DNA of 64,000 bases from Nitrososphaerota archaeon (GCA_041641305.1 JBEPYN010000001.1:160001-224000); one strand, 5' to 3'; shown: positions 40,107 to 49,334, counted from the first letter of the stretch. The notes: generated from the sequence alone by a model not told the origin. Translations and numbers: made by a program.

Positions 40107-40439
40107 ATGAAGCGGCGAAAACAACCTGTTAAAGAGGTAACCCGGACAAGAGTTGAGAGAACAAGGTTATACAGGTACAGGGTCACTTTGCTTGAGGAGC
40201 CTCCCGAAACTCTGGACGGCTTCAAGCTATTCGGTATCGAGGTTAAGCTTGGAAAAGGGAGACATGTTGATTTCCCACCGGACAAGAGGGTTCTCGACGT
40301 GGAGACCACTCAGGAGCCTCTGCCCATGGATGTTGAGGTCAACGCTAAGTATCAGAGGGTCGATAACAGGGCCACGATAGTTAGACGCCGGTCTCTGCTT
40401 TTCAACATGGAGAAGCTGGGTACGGTTACTTCGCCTTAA
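40107..40439 (+). CDS. Hypothetical protein
   Basis: 110-aa ORF with an upstream TATA-like tttaataa; fills the gap between genes. Confidence 0.55.
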   Translation: MKRRKQPVKEVTRTRVERTRLYRYRVTLLEEPPETLDGFKLFGIEVKLGKGRHVDFPPDKRVLDVETTQEPLPMDVEVNAKYQRVDNRATIVRRRSLLFNMEKLGTVTSP

Positions 40440-41190
40440 CTTCGGCGACGCCGCCGTACCTCTTCAACACTTCCCCGCATTTTTCTACAACCTTCTCCAA
40501 AAGCTCCTCAGTTCTCTCACGATTCGACGCTTTGATATGTACGCTGTACACCGGCGCCCCCTTGGTTTTTATCTCAATCAACTCCCCCGGTCTGGCTAGC
40601 TGCTCAGCCGCGGCCGCAGCCTCGCGGATAGCCATAACACCGTTCCGCGCCTCAGAACGCATGACTATGTCTGCCTTGATTTCATGCTCCCGCACACGGA
40701 TTTCATGCTCCACAGCCCGCCTAAGCTCCTCCGCCTCCTTATCATCAAGTTCGGGGAAAAACTGGTTGACGGGCTGGTCAGCGGAAATCTGCTCAAAAAT
40801 CTCATACAGCACGTTTGCATCACGTGTTTTTGTGTAAATTTTCTCTACTGCCTGAGGACCTGCTGTTTCTTCCAGAATTTTTAGAACACGCTTGACCTTT
40901 GAAGCTTTCTTCACCTCAAGCAGTTTCTCCATTCTTTCGCGTTGAGATACTCTTCTGATGGATAGGTCTGCCTGCAAAGTCGCCGGGTTAACACGTATGA
41001 TCTTGAAAACGGTGCGCTGCCCCTCCTTGAGGTGTTCACGGATGTTGCGAACCCACTTCAGCGAAACCTCCGAGACGTGGACAAACCCCTCATAGCCCGG
41101 GTATTCATCAATCTCTATGTAGGCTCCGTAGTCCTTGACTTCTTTGACGAGGCCTATGACCAGCTCCCCTACTTGGGGGACATTACTCAA
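40426..41190 (-). CDS. eif2a: Translation initiation factor aIF2 alpha
   Basis: S1 domain (GAY...DEY..EGFVHVSEVSLKWVRNIR), DLSIRRV, GAPVY; follows rps27e. Start TTG estimated. Confidence 0.93.
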   Translation of the reverse strand: MSNVPQVGELVIGLVKEVKDYGAYIEIDEYPGYEGFVHVSEVSLKWVRNIREHLKEGQRTVFKIIRVNPATLQADLSIRRVSQRERMEKLLEVKKASKVKRVLKILEETAGPQAVEKIYTKTRDANVLYEIFEQISADQPVNQFFPELDDKEAEELRRAVEHEIRVREHEIKADIVMRSEARNGVMAIREAAAAAEQLARPGELIEIKTKGAPVYSVHIKASNRERTEELLEKVVEKCGEVLKRYGGVAEVKAK

Positions 41191-41383
41191 GCGTCCTCTC
41201 CTTCTTCCCCAGAATGATTGCTTTTCCGCCACTGGGTTTAGCCAAGACCGCGCCGCAGACGTTGCATTTCACGACGATTTTCGCCGAGTCGAACACTATC
41301 TGAGTGTTTCCGCACTCGTTGCATGTCACCATGAGAAATTTTGACTGTGGAGTGGGTATCAGGTCTCCCCACATCTCCGACAT
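41183..41383 (-). CDS. rps27e: 30S ribosomal protein S27e
   Basis: PQSKFLMVTCNECGNTQIVF...CNVCG..LAKPSGGKA. Confidence 0.95.
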   Translation of the reverse strand: MSEMWGDLIPTPQSKFLMVTCNECGNTQIVFDSAKIVVKCNVCGAVLAKPSGGKAIILGKKERTLE

Positions 41384-41661
41384 CAGCGGGTCACCTCCAT
41401 TTTTCTCAGCCTGATTCCCTCCCTCATCACGCTTCGGCCACATGTGACGCATTTGAGGACGAGGGTTTTCTTGTCGGTGGTCTTCGATTTTTTCCTCTGT
41501 ATAGGGTATTTCTGGCCTCCGTAGCCCTTCAGCTCCCGTGCATGTCGTCTCGCACCCAGAGCAAGTTTTCTCTCCTTACCTTTCTTATAGAGAGAGACGG
41601 TGTGCTCCGTGTGGCTGTTGCATTTGGGACAGTAGGTTACCATCTTGGAGGGGATCTTCAT
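41383..41661 (-). CDS. rpl44e: 50S ribosomal protein L44e (eL42)
   Basis: TYCPKCNSHTEH, GYGGQ, KTTDK, LKCVTCG. Confidence 0.95.
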   Translation of the reverse strand: MKIPSKMVTYCPKCNSHTEHTVSLYKKGKERKLALGARRHARELKGYGGQKYPIQRKKSKTTDKKTLVLKCVTCGRSVMREGIRLRKMEVTR

Positions 41662-41737
41662 TTCTGTTCATCATCTTTTGGAGCATGATTTAAACCGTTT
41701 GAAACACTTTTTAACAAAGTTTCCCACAATTTGACGG

Positions 41738-42154
41738 GTGCTTGATGTGCTCGTCAAAGATGTGATGACAGCTGATGTTGTTACGGTTTCCCCTGGGACA
41801 TCTGTCTACTCTGCGGCCAGGATTATGGCTGAGGAGGAGGTTGGCTCGTTGGTTGTAACGGTGGGTGAGAAGCCTGTAGGTATATTGACTGAGAGGGATG
41901 TTGTGAGGCGAGTTGTAGCAGCTGGTCTGTCACCGAAGCGAACACATGTCGAGGATGTTATGACGGCCCCTGTCGTGGTCGTCGGCGAAAACACTTCTCT
42001 CGATGAGGCCGTGGCCATTATGGCGGCCAACCGTGTAAGAAGGCTCTTAGTCGTCAGAGGTGAAAAGCTGGTCGGCATAGTCACGGTCACAGACATAGTC
42101 AGGGCCCTGGGTGAAGAATCGGCGAAAGCCGCTCCGGCAATACTGCGAAGCTAG
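41738..42154 (+). CDS. CBS-pair protein
   Basis: VKDVMT, GILTERD, GIVTVTD. Confidence 0.9.
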   Translation: MLDVLVKDVMTADVVTVSPGTSVYSAARIMAEEEVGSLVVTVGEKPVGILTERDVVRRVVAAGLSPKRTHVEDVMTAPVVVVGENTSLDEAVAIMAANRVRRLLVVRGEKLVGIVTVTDIVRALGEESAKAAPAILRS

Positions 42155-43536
42155 TCGGCCACCAGAACCTTCAAGTCGTCGATAGCCTCGGCGAAAACGT
42201 CCCTGAACCTTTCGACAAGGTTTTGGCCCGACAGCCTCATCCTACCCACGACGACGAGGTCCACGTCGCCGTAAACCTCGTCCACAGTCTCCACATCATC
42301 CCATGAAACCAGCGTCTCGTGAATTTTCTCAGGGTCAAACCTCGGGTTAAGTTTAGCCAAAATGTAGACCTTTTCGCCGCCGAAAAACCTGCGAAGCTTC
42401 CCGTTGTCCACCTCGAGACCAAGCACATCCCTCAACACCTCTTTGATGTCGCCTATGCTGAGGCGGCCGTTTTTCTCACGCGCCTTCCTCGCGAGGGCTT
42501 CCGTCGCTGAGCGGGCCCGAGGATCTGTGGGAGGCAGGCCAGTTAAATGTGCTACCAGCTTGTGGCTCGAGTAGACACCAATTTCGAAGACAGGGTTTTC
42601 GACATCATGCTGCAGTTTCTTTTCAGGCATGTATCCCTCGGGTTTCTCGACGGCCATCGACTGATGAACCCCTGCTCTTATCGTCCGCGCTTCCTCGGAT
42701 AATGGATGACGCCATGGAAGCCGCAGACCCGCCACCTTTGAGAAGAAGCCGTATAGACTGTTTAGCTTGGATCGGTCCACACCGAGGTCGATGCCATGAA
42801 TATCCTCGAGAACCGCGACAACCTCGTAGAGGTCAGCTATCCCGTTTCTGTCACCGACACCCATCACCGTCACATGAGCTTCATCAGCTCCTGCGAGAAC
42901 AGCCTCAACCGTGTTTGCAGAAGCCATGCCATAGTCGTTGTGAAAATGAGCCGCCAACGGCGCATCAGTTTTCTCTCTGAGAAATGTTATGAATTCACGG
43001 GCCTTCTGGGGGGAGAGGAGGCCCGCGGTGTCTGGGACGCTGACAAGAGTTGCTCCAGCTCTTCTCACCGAGTTGACAGCGTCTATGAGTGGGGTGAGCT
43101 GTCCGTCGACGAAGAACCGCGAAGCATCCTCTACCGTGGCCCTCACATACCTGAACCCCATCTCCCGAGCCGTCTTCACAGCATCCACCAACCTCTCCAA
43201 ACCCTCCTGAAAACTAATGCCACGCAGCTTATGTCTCCGATGAATCTCCGTCAACGCGATGTAGAGGCCGACACCCGTGGCATCATACTTCGCAGCGGCC
43301 TCAAGGTCATCCCTCACAGCTCTGCCATGCAGGACAACCTCAAACCCAAGAGTGTTACATTTCCTCACAAGGGGCTCGACATCCTCCCGCGTGGTCCGAG
43401 GAGGATAATCCACCGTAATCTCCACCCTCTTTACCCCCGCTTCCGCAAGCTTCTCCACCAACTCCAGCTTAGCGGAGAGCTTGAGAACCCTGAAAAGCTC
43501 ACCCTCCCTCAACGTCGAGTCAAGAAGCGTAGTCAA
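42151..43536 (-). CDS. Homocitrate synthase-type DRE-TIM enzyme with C-terminal RAM (Lrp/AsnC) domain
   Basis: DSTLREGE, PDTAG, HFHNDYG, AGVH; C-terminal EVYGDVD RAM motif, as in crenarchaeal homocitrate synthases. Confidence 0.8.
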   Translation of the reverse strand: MTTLLDSTLREGELFRVLKLSAKLELVEKLAEAGVKRVEITVDYPPRTTREDVEPLVRKCNTLGFEVVLHGRAVRDDLEAAAKYDATGVGLYIALTEIHRRHKLRGISFQEGLERLVDAVKTAREMGFRYVRATVEDASRFFVDGQLTPLIDAVNSVRRAGATLVSVPDTAGLLSPQKAREFITFLREKTDAPLAAHFHNDYGMASANTVEAVLAGADEAHVTVMGVGDRNGIADLYEVVAVLEDIHGIDLGVDRSKLNSLYGFFSKVAGLRLPWRHPLSEEARTIRAGVHQSMAVEKPEGYMPEKKLQHDVENPVFEIGVYSSHKLVAHLTGLPPTDPRARSATEALARKAREKNGRLSIGDIKEVLRDVLGLEVDNGKLRRFFGGEKVYILAKLNPRFDPEKIHETLVSWDDVETVDEVYGDVDLVVVGRMRLSGQNLVERFRDVFAEAIDDLKVLVAD

Positions 43537-43602
43537 CCCAGGTCGAAAATCTTTTAAAACAATCGTATTTAATGATTGTGTATTTCTACGAAAATTGTAT
43601 CA

Positions 43603-44118
43603 TCATTCCTTTCCCCGTAAATATCCACCGCTAACCAAGCTTTCAAAAACACCTTTTCTAACCCTGCGAAGAACCTCCTCATCAGACTCCAGAGTGTTCA
43701 GCAAAGCCTCCAAAACAGCCGTAGAGGTTTCGCTGAGGCTGTGCTCCATCCTCTCCGCCTCCACCTCTGCCGAGAGCTCATCAAGCCCAATCGCCTGAAA
43801 AAGCCTCGAAACGGTGTCATGTCTGTGCTTAAGCTGCCGCACCTTCGCAAACCCTTCCTCCGTAAGTTCAAGAACCTTGTAGGGCTGATAGCGGAGATAC
43901 CCCTTTTCGCAGAGCCGTGTAATAACTTTCTTGACCGTGCTGGGGGCCACGTTTAAGGCTTTGGCGACATCAACCGGCCGAACCCTGCCTTCCCGTCTCT
44001 GAAGAATTTCATAAACCGCTTCCAAATACTCCTCAGCGAGCTTCACGCTCCCCCTCTCACGCTTATGCGCTCGCATAAGGGCCTCTATACGGCTACTCGG
44101 CTCCAACACAAATGACAA
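43603..44118 (-). CDS. DtxR/MntR metal-dependent regulator
   Basis: EEYLEAVY, HTH, LTEEG, RH, EAERMEH. Confidence 0.88.
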   Translation of the reverse strand: MSFVLEPSSRIEALMRAHKRERGSVKLAEEYLEAVYEILQRREGRVRPVDVAKALNVAPSTVKKVITRLCEKGYLRYQPYKVLELTEEGFAKVRQLKHRHDTVSRLFQAIGLDELSAEVEAERMEHSLSETSTAVLEALLNTLESDEEVLRRVRKGVFESLVSGGYLRGKE

Positions 44119-44145
44119 CGAGAACCCATCTAATAAACAAAAAAA

Positions 44146-44622
44146 TTAGAGGTTCAGGAGGCTGTCCACAGAGTAGGCTCCTGCACCTGTGAAAACCAGC
44201 AGCAGAGCAGCCGCCAGAATCAGTAGGTCGAACTCCCATCCACCGACTCCGGACATGAAACCCCGCATAAACTGTCGAGAACCCGCGACCATCTGCTGCA
44301 GCATCTCAGGAGGCGGCACAAACTTGCCCAGCTTCGACAAATAAAGAACTATCGTGCCAATCATCTCGATGAAGAAGAGCAGCCCGGCCACCTGTGTCCA
44401 GAAGCCGATTATCAGCGCTATGCCGCCCACGAACTCGAGAAGCCCCGCAAGGTCGAAAAGGCCTCCCGGGATACCCAGCTGAGACATGCCGCCGCGCATC
44501 TGCTTCCTCATCTGGCCGAAGAGCTTCGGCGCTCCGTGGACCACCATTATGAACCCCAGCACAACCCGTAGCACCAGAAGACCTATGTCCACAAACCCCG
44601 ATAAATCACCCAACACGGCCAT
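44146..44622 (-). CDS. DoxX-family membrane protein
   Basis: LRVVLG...HGAPKL, EFVGG, GWEF, GAGAYSVD. Confidence 0.9.
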   Translation of the reverse strand: MAVLGDLSGFVDIGLLVLRVVLGFIMVVHGAPKLFGQMRKQMRGGMSQLGIPGGLFDLAGLLEFVGGIALIIGFWTQVAGLLFFIEMIGTIVLYLSKLGKFVPPPEMLQQMVAGSRQFMRGFMSGVGGWEFDLLILAAALLLVFTGAGAYSVDSLLNL

Positions 44623-44652
44623 ATTGCTCACCTTTCGCAACCTACTGGCAAA

Positions 44653-44685
44653 AGGCAAGTATTTAAAATGCTAAGAGGCAAGTAT
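44653..44685. promoter_or_regulatory. Direct repeat AGGCAAGTAT x2 flanking a TATA box between divergent doxX and the HxlR-family gene; candidate operator
   Basis: Exact 10-mers at 44653-44662 and 44676-44685 around atttaaaa. Confidence 0.55.
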
Positions 44686-44693
44686 GCCGCTAG

Positions 44694-45044
44694 ATGACGC
44701 GGGCGAAAGCTGTTCAGGCAGGTAACGTCTGTCCCATGGTTTCGGCGACGAAACTGCTTGGAAGCGTTTGGTCGATGGTCATAATCTCATACCTTGTCCA
44801 AGGGCCTAAGGGGTTCAACGAGCTGCTCAAAGCCGTGCCAGGGCTCAACTCCAAAACCCTTTCAAGAACACTCAAAAGCCTACAGAGGAAAGGCCTCGTT
44901 GAAAGAAGAGTTCTGAACTTACAGCCCTTCTCAGTATCCTACTCATTGACCCCCATGGCTATGGAGCTAGCACCAATACTCGAACAACTGAGAAAATGGG
45001 GCATAAAATGGGCTATGCAAAACTCTCGAAAACCACCAGCATAA
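44694..45044 (+). CDS. HxlR/DUF24-family wHTH regulator
   Basis: N-terminal CP, W, FNEL, SKTLSRTLK.L, YSLT, WG. Confidence 0.9.
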   Translation: MTRAKAVQAGNVCPMVSATKLLGSVWSMVIISYLVQGPKGFNELLKAVPGLNSKTLSRTLKSLQRKGLVERRVLNLQPFSVSYSLTPMAMELAPILEQLRKWGIKWAMQNSRKPPA

Positions 45045-45106
45045 AAACGGGCACCTTTATTGTTCAGCTGCCGAACAATAGAGACGCCGCAAAGACGCCT
45101 CTTATG

Positions 45107-45213
45107 CGCCGGGGGTGGGATTTGAACCCACGCGGCCCGCGAAGGCCACCGGCTTTCTTGACCAGCTTGTATGATCTCGAGGCCGGCCCACTGCCTGGCT
45201 GTGGGACCCCGGC
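45107..45213 (-). tRNA. tRNA-Ser(CGA) with 21-nt intron at 37/38 (intron 45155-45175)
   Basis: GCCGGGG acceptor stem, CCGGC-CT-CGA-G[intron]A-GCCGG anticodon arm, long variable arm, GTTCAAATC T-loop, G73; CCA not encoded. Confidence 0.9.
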
Positions 45214-45240
45214 TTCTCCCTGTGTTGCTGTTTGCCGTTT

Positions 45241-46185
45241 TTATACATAGTCTTCTCTGTTTATGAGGTTGTCGGGGGTTTGTCCCGAGAAGTATTTTAT
45301 TATGTTTTGGACGGCTGACCTGAGCATTTTTGTGTAGACCTCGTGGGAGCCGAATGCTCCCGCTATCCAGGGTGTTCCCATGAAGTTTGGGAGCTTTATG
45401 AGCTCTGTTTCCCACGGCTCGCCTCGTTTAATCTCCCACCATACGTCTGTTGCGAAGACGATGTCCGGCCTCTCTTTTAGGAAGTCTAAGAGGTCTCCGT
45501 GGTCAACAACCTCCGCGCGGCCCACGTTTACTACTATGCATCCTTTCTTGAGAAGTGGAAGGTTGTTTCGGTTGAACATGCCTCTCGTATGTTTCGTCAG
45601 GGGAGCGGAGATAACCATGATGTCCGCTTCCGGCAGGGCCTCTTCCAGCTTTGTCCATGGGAGGATTTTATCTGCGTAGCCTCTCGTCTTGCCTGACTTT
45701 GTGACGCCTATCACACGCATTCCGAAGCATTTGGCCACTTCAGCGACCTTTACACCTATTGACCCCATCCCAACGATGAGGATGGTCCTACCGTTTAGCT
45801 GTAAAACTTCGACGTCTCTCTCGAAAACGGCGTTCCGTATTTTATCGTAGTAGTGTGGGATTTTCTTGGCTATGCTGAGTATCATGGCCCATGTGTGTTC
45901 GTTTACTGACTCGGCGTTGGAGCCCATGTTACCAGCCACCATGATATGTTCGGGGAGGTGCTGCCACGCCACGCCGTCGACGCCCGCCGACAAAACCTGC
46001 ACGAATTTGAGATTTGTTAGCTTGGCTATCTCCTCCGGCTTCAGAGTGATGCATAGAACTGCTTCAGCAGCTCTCTTGTATTCTTCGAAGTTTGGTGAAT
46101 TCTTTGTCACAACCTCGGCGTATCTCTCGATCTGGTTGACTAATTCTTGATCAAGGTCGACGTATGAAAGAAATGTTCTCTTCAT
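45241..46185 (-). CDS. D-2-hydroxyacid dehydrogenase family protein
   Basis: SAGVD, GMGSIG, PLTKHT, VNVGRA, TDVW, TPWIAG. Confidence 0.88.
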   Translation of the reverse strand: MKRTFLSYVDLDQELVNQIERYAEVVTKNSPNFEEYKRAAEAVLCITLKPEEIAKLTNLKFVQVLSAGVDGVAWQHLPEHIMVAGNMGSNAESVNEHTWAMILSIAKKIPHYYDKIRNAVFERDVEVLQLNGRTILIVGMGSIGVKVAEVAKCFGMRVIGVTKSGKTRGYADKILPWTKLEEALPEADIMVISAPLTKHTRGMFNRNNLPLLKKGCIVVNVGRAEVVDHGDLLDFLKERPDIVFATDVWWEIKRGEPWETELIKLPNFMGTPWIAGAFGSHEVYTKMLRSAVQNIIKYFSGQTPDNLINREDYV

Positions 46186-46760
46186 CCGCTGAAAGTGTCT
46201 TCAGGTGCTGGATAATAAACTTCCGTGACGAGTTTCCGTGAGCAGTAGATGCAGTATACTACAGTTTTTGCGCATTCCTGCATGTAGACGGCTCCGCAGC
46301 TGCATTCGATGATGACATCCGCCTCCGCTTCGGGTTTTGATGGCAGGAATGGTTTGATGGGTTTGCCGCAGTATGCGCACATTCTTGAGAGGGCCATCAC
46401 ATCCCTTATGGTGAATAGGCCGATTACCTGGTTGTTGCTGGTCACGATTAGTCTCCTAACTTTTTTACGGTTCATGAGGTCGACGGCTTCGAGAAGCGAT
46501 GCTTCTATGTCGACGGTTATCAAGGGTTTTGACATCACTTCTCTGACTTGGGTCTTTGTCGGGTCCCTGCCAGTCGCCACAACCTTAGACACTATGTCTC
46601 TTTCAGTCACCAGCCCCACAGGCTCTCCTTTACTTGTTACCACTATGCCGCTGATTTTTTTCTCAGCCATTATTTTGGCCGCATCTGTTGCGGATGAAGT
46701 TTCCTCGACGCTTATTATCGGGCTTTTGACCACGTCCTTAACTTTCGCTGTTTGCCACAA
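46182..46760 (-). CDS. CBS-pair protein with C-terminal RING-like Zn finger
   Basis: GLVTERD and GLFTIRD CBS motifs; C-x2-C-x21-C-x-C-x4-M-x2-C-x6-C-x2-C. Confidence 0.82.
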   Translation of the reverse strand: MWQTAKVKDVVKSPIISVEETSSATDAAKIMAEKKISGIVVTSKGEPVGLVTERDIVSKVVATGRDPTKTQVREVMSKPLITVDIEASLLEAVDLMNRKKVRRLIVTSNNQVIGLFTIRDVMALSRMCAYCGKPIKPFLPSKPEAEADVIIECSCGAVYMQECAKTVVYCIYCSRKLVTEVYYPAPEDTFSG

Positions 46761-46842
46761 CGGTCATAGAACATCTCGGCGTGATAAAAGCGTTGTCTAG
46801 GCTGGAAAAGGCTCAAATAACCCGTCCAGTCGATAATTTGCG

Positions 46843-47493
46843 ATGAGGGTTTTACAGGCTTCTGACATTCATGGAAGCGTGTCAGCGGCATCTTCTCTCG
46901 CGGAGAAGGCTGTGGAGTATGATGTCGTTGTTCTTGTGGGCGACATAACGCATTTTGGAGCTGTGCCTCAGGCTGAGACGATACTGGGAACGGTCGCTAA
47001 AAGCGGTCGGCTTGTTTTGTTTGTACCAGGGAACTGCGACCATCCATCTCTTCTTAGCTGGCGACCATCCATCAGCAACGTCGTCAACCTTCATGCAGCA
47101 AGCCTGCGACACGCCGATTACGCGTTTTATGGATTGGGTGGCGGTAATCTATCACCCTTCAACACTTTGATAGAGTTCAGCGAGGAGGAGTTTGAGACGA
47201 TGTTGTCTAAGCTCAATCCCTCGTCAGAAAACTTTATCCTCCTCTCACATACACCGCCTCATGGTGTTGACGCCGACGTGGGCCGTGGACGCCATCTCGG
47301 CAGCACCGCAATACGAAAATTTGTCGAATCAAGAAAGCCTCTTGCTGTCTGCTGCGGCCACATACATGAAGCACGCTCGATCTCGAGGATAGGCGATACC
47401 GTAGTGGTGAACGCCGGACCAGCTAAAGAGGGCTTCTACGCATCACTCGAAATTCGGGGAAAAGAGGTTAAAGCAGAGCTCCTCAGCTTTTAG
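46843..47493 (+). CDS. Calcineurin-like metallophosphoesterase
   Basis: SDIHG, GDIT, PGNCD, SHTPP, GHIHE. Confidence 0.92.
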   Translation: MRVLQASDIHGSVSAASSLAEKAVEYDVVVLVGDITHFGAVPQAETILGTVAKSGRLVLFVPGNCDHPSLLSWRPSISNVVNLHAASLRHADYAFYGLGGGNLSPFNTLIEFSEEEFETMLSKLNPSSENFILLSHTPPHGVDADVGRGRHLGSTAIRKFVESRKPLAVCCGHIHEARSISRIGDTVVVNAGPAKEGFYASLEIRGKEVKAELLSF

Positions 47494-47498
47494 CTAAG

Positions 47499-48293
47499 AT
47501 GCCGCGGAGAAAGCTGGTGGCTGAAGTCATCAACGTCGGCAACGAGCTTCTCGACGGCCGAACAATCAACACAAACCTGAACTGGCTATGTGGAAAACTT
47601 TCCGAACTCGGCTACGTTGTCAGGAGAGCCACAATAGTAAGAGATGATTTGAATGACATAGCGAAGACTGTACGGGAAGCCTTGAGACGAAAACCTATGT
47701 GGCTCTTCATCAGCGGCGGCCTCGGACCAACCCATGACGACAAAACGCTTCAAGCAGTTGCGAAAGCTCTTGGGAGGAGGTTGAAGCTTCACAGGGATGC
47801 TGCAGAAAGCATCCGTCGGCGATACACGGAGCTAGCTGAGGCCGGAGTCATCAAGGATCCAACGCTGACAAAGGAGAGGCTTAAGATGGCTAAGCTTCCG
47901 GAGGGCGCGCAGCCGCTTAGAAACCGAGTCGGCACAGCTCCCGGCGTGTTGCTGGAGAAATCAGGTGTGAAGCTTGTTTGTCTCCCGGGTGTCCCGAAGG
48001 AGTTGATGGATATTTTTGAGAATGAGCTGCGGCCGCTTCTACGTGAAACAGCGGGCGATAGAGGTTTTCTCATTCAGCAACTATTTGTGGAAGGGGTTGT
48101 TGAGTCACGTCTCGCCCCTCTTCTGGTAGAGACCATGAAGAGGTTTAGAGGTGTTTATCTCAAGAGCAACCCGAAAGGCGCTGAAAAGGTTTCGCAGGTT
48201 ATAGTGGATTTTATCGCTGAGAAAAAAGATAAGAAGAAGCTTCTCGAAGCCATGGAGTATTTCAGCAAACGTCTAGAAGAGATAAAGGCTTAA
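47499..48293 (+). CDS. CinA N-terminal (molybdopterin-binding fold) protein
   Basis: GNELLDG..INTN, GGLGPTHDDKT, GTAPG, LPGVPKE. Confidence 0.9.
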   Translation: MPRRKLVAEVINVGNELLDGRTINTNLNWLCGKLSELGYVVRRATIVRDDLNDIAKTVREALRRKPMWLFISGGLGPTHDDKTLQAVAKALGRRLKLHRDAAESIRRRYTELAEAGVIKDPTLTKERLKMAKLPEGAQPLRNRVGTAPGVLLEKSGVKLVCLPGVPKELMDIFENELRPLLRETAGDRGFLIQQLFVEGVVESRLAPLLVETMKRFRGVYLKSNPKGAEKVSQVIVDFIAEKKDKKKLLEAMEYFSKRLEEIKA

Positions 48294-48317
48294 TACCGTT
48301 TCCCATCGAAATGAGCC

Positions 48318-49334
48318 ATGTCTTTGGAGGAGAGTTTTGAGAAGGCTTGGCGAATTGTTCTCAACTCGCCGGCTATGTATAGGGAAGGGTTCAGAAAAGG
48401 GGAGATGCTCTCAAACTCGGTGAACCCTGTGTATGTGAGGAGAATTTTTGTCGCAGGTGTCGGTGGCTCAGGGATAGTCGGAGACATAATCTCGGCGATC
48501 AGAGACCCTAATTCTTCGCTCCAAGTGGAAACTCTGAAGACATTCCACTTGCCGGGTTACGTGGGCCCCGACACCTTGTTAATCCCGGTGAGTTACTCGG
48601 GCGACACAGTTGAAACATGCTGGTCTTTTATCGACGGTTTTTCGAAGAGTGTTGCCATTGTTGGTGTCTCTTCGGGCGGGCGGCTTGCATCCCTGATGGA
48701 GATGAGAGGGCTCCGGGTTGTGAAGGTGTCGGAGGGGCTTCAGCCTCGCTACGCTGTCCCAGAGATGGTTGGCGCGGTCTACGGCCTTTTGACAGGTTTC
48801 GAAGCCTTTCCACGTGAAAAATTCCTTCAAGCTGTCGATGAATTCGAGACATTTGCGAAACAGTTTTCAGAGAATGGTTATCAATCGGTGGTTGATCAGG
48901 CGAGGCCTTTGCTTGGAAGACATGCGGTAATTGTTTCGGCCGACCACCTCTACTCCGCGGCCTATCGCCTGAAGTGCCAATTAAACGAGAACGCCAAGCA
49001 TCCATGCCATGTTGCCACAGCGCCTGAAGCATTTCATAACGAGGTGGAGGGGTGGTCCAGCCACGGCAACTACTGTTACGTTTTTCTCAGGAGCGAATAT
49101 GAGCAGCTCATGGTGTCCGATGGACTTGACTGGATGGAGGATTATCTCCGGTCAAAGGGGGCCGCGGTCGTGGAATTAAGGGCAAAGTCTTCGTCCACTA
49201 TATCGGAGCTGTTGAAACTTCTGCTACTGGCAGATTTTATGAGTCTCGGTGTCGCTTTCCTCAAGAAAGTGGATCCGATAGGGCTGCAGGCAATACCCAA
49301 GATAAGGCCTTTGCTTAGACGCCATCTACCCTAA
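48318..49334 (+). CDS. Bifunctional phosphoglucose/phosphomannose isomerase
   Basis: GVGGSG, SYSGDTVET, SSGG, QPR, QLNENAK, PEAFHNE. Confidence 0.9.
   Translation: MSLEESFEKAWRIVLNSPAMYREGFRKGEMLSNSVNPVYVRRIFVAGVGGSGIVGDIISAIRDPNSSLQVETLKTFHLPGYVGPDTLLIPVSYSGDTVETCWSFIDGFSKSVAIVGVSSGGRLASLMEMRGLRVVKVSEGLQPRYAVPEMVGAVYGLLTGFEAFPREKFLQAVDEFETFAKQFSENGYQSVVDQARPLLGRHAVIVSADHLYSAAYRLKCQLNENAKHPCHVATAPEAFHNEVEGWSSHGNYCYVFLRSEYEQLMVSDGLDWMEDYLRSKGAAVVELRAKSSSTISELLKLLLLADFMSLGVAFLKKVDPIGLQAIPKIRPLLRRHLP

Noticed and set aside
44939-45415. ORFs spanning tRNA-Ser
   Set aside because: Shadow frames over the tRNA and adjacent genes.
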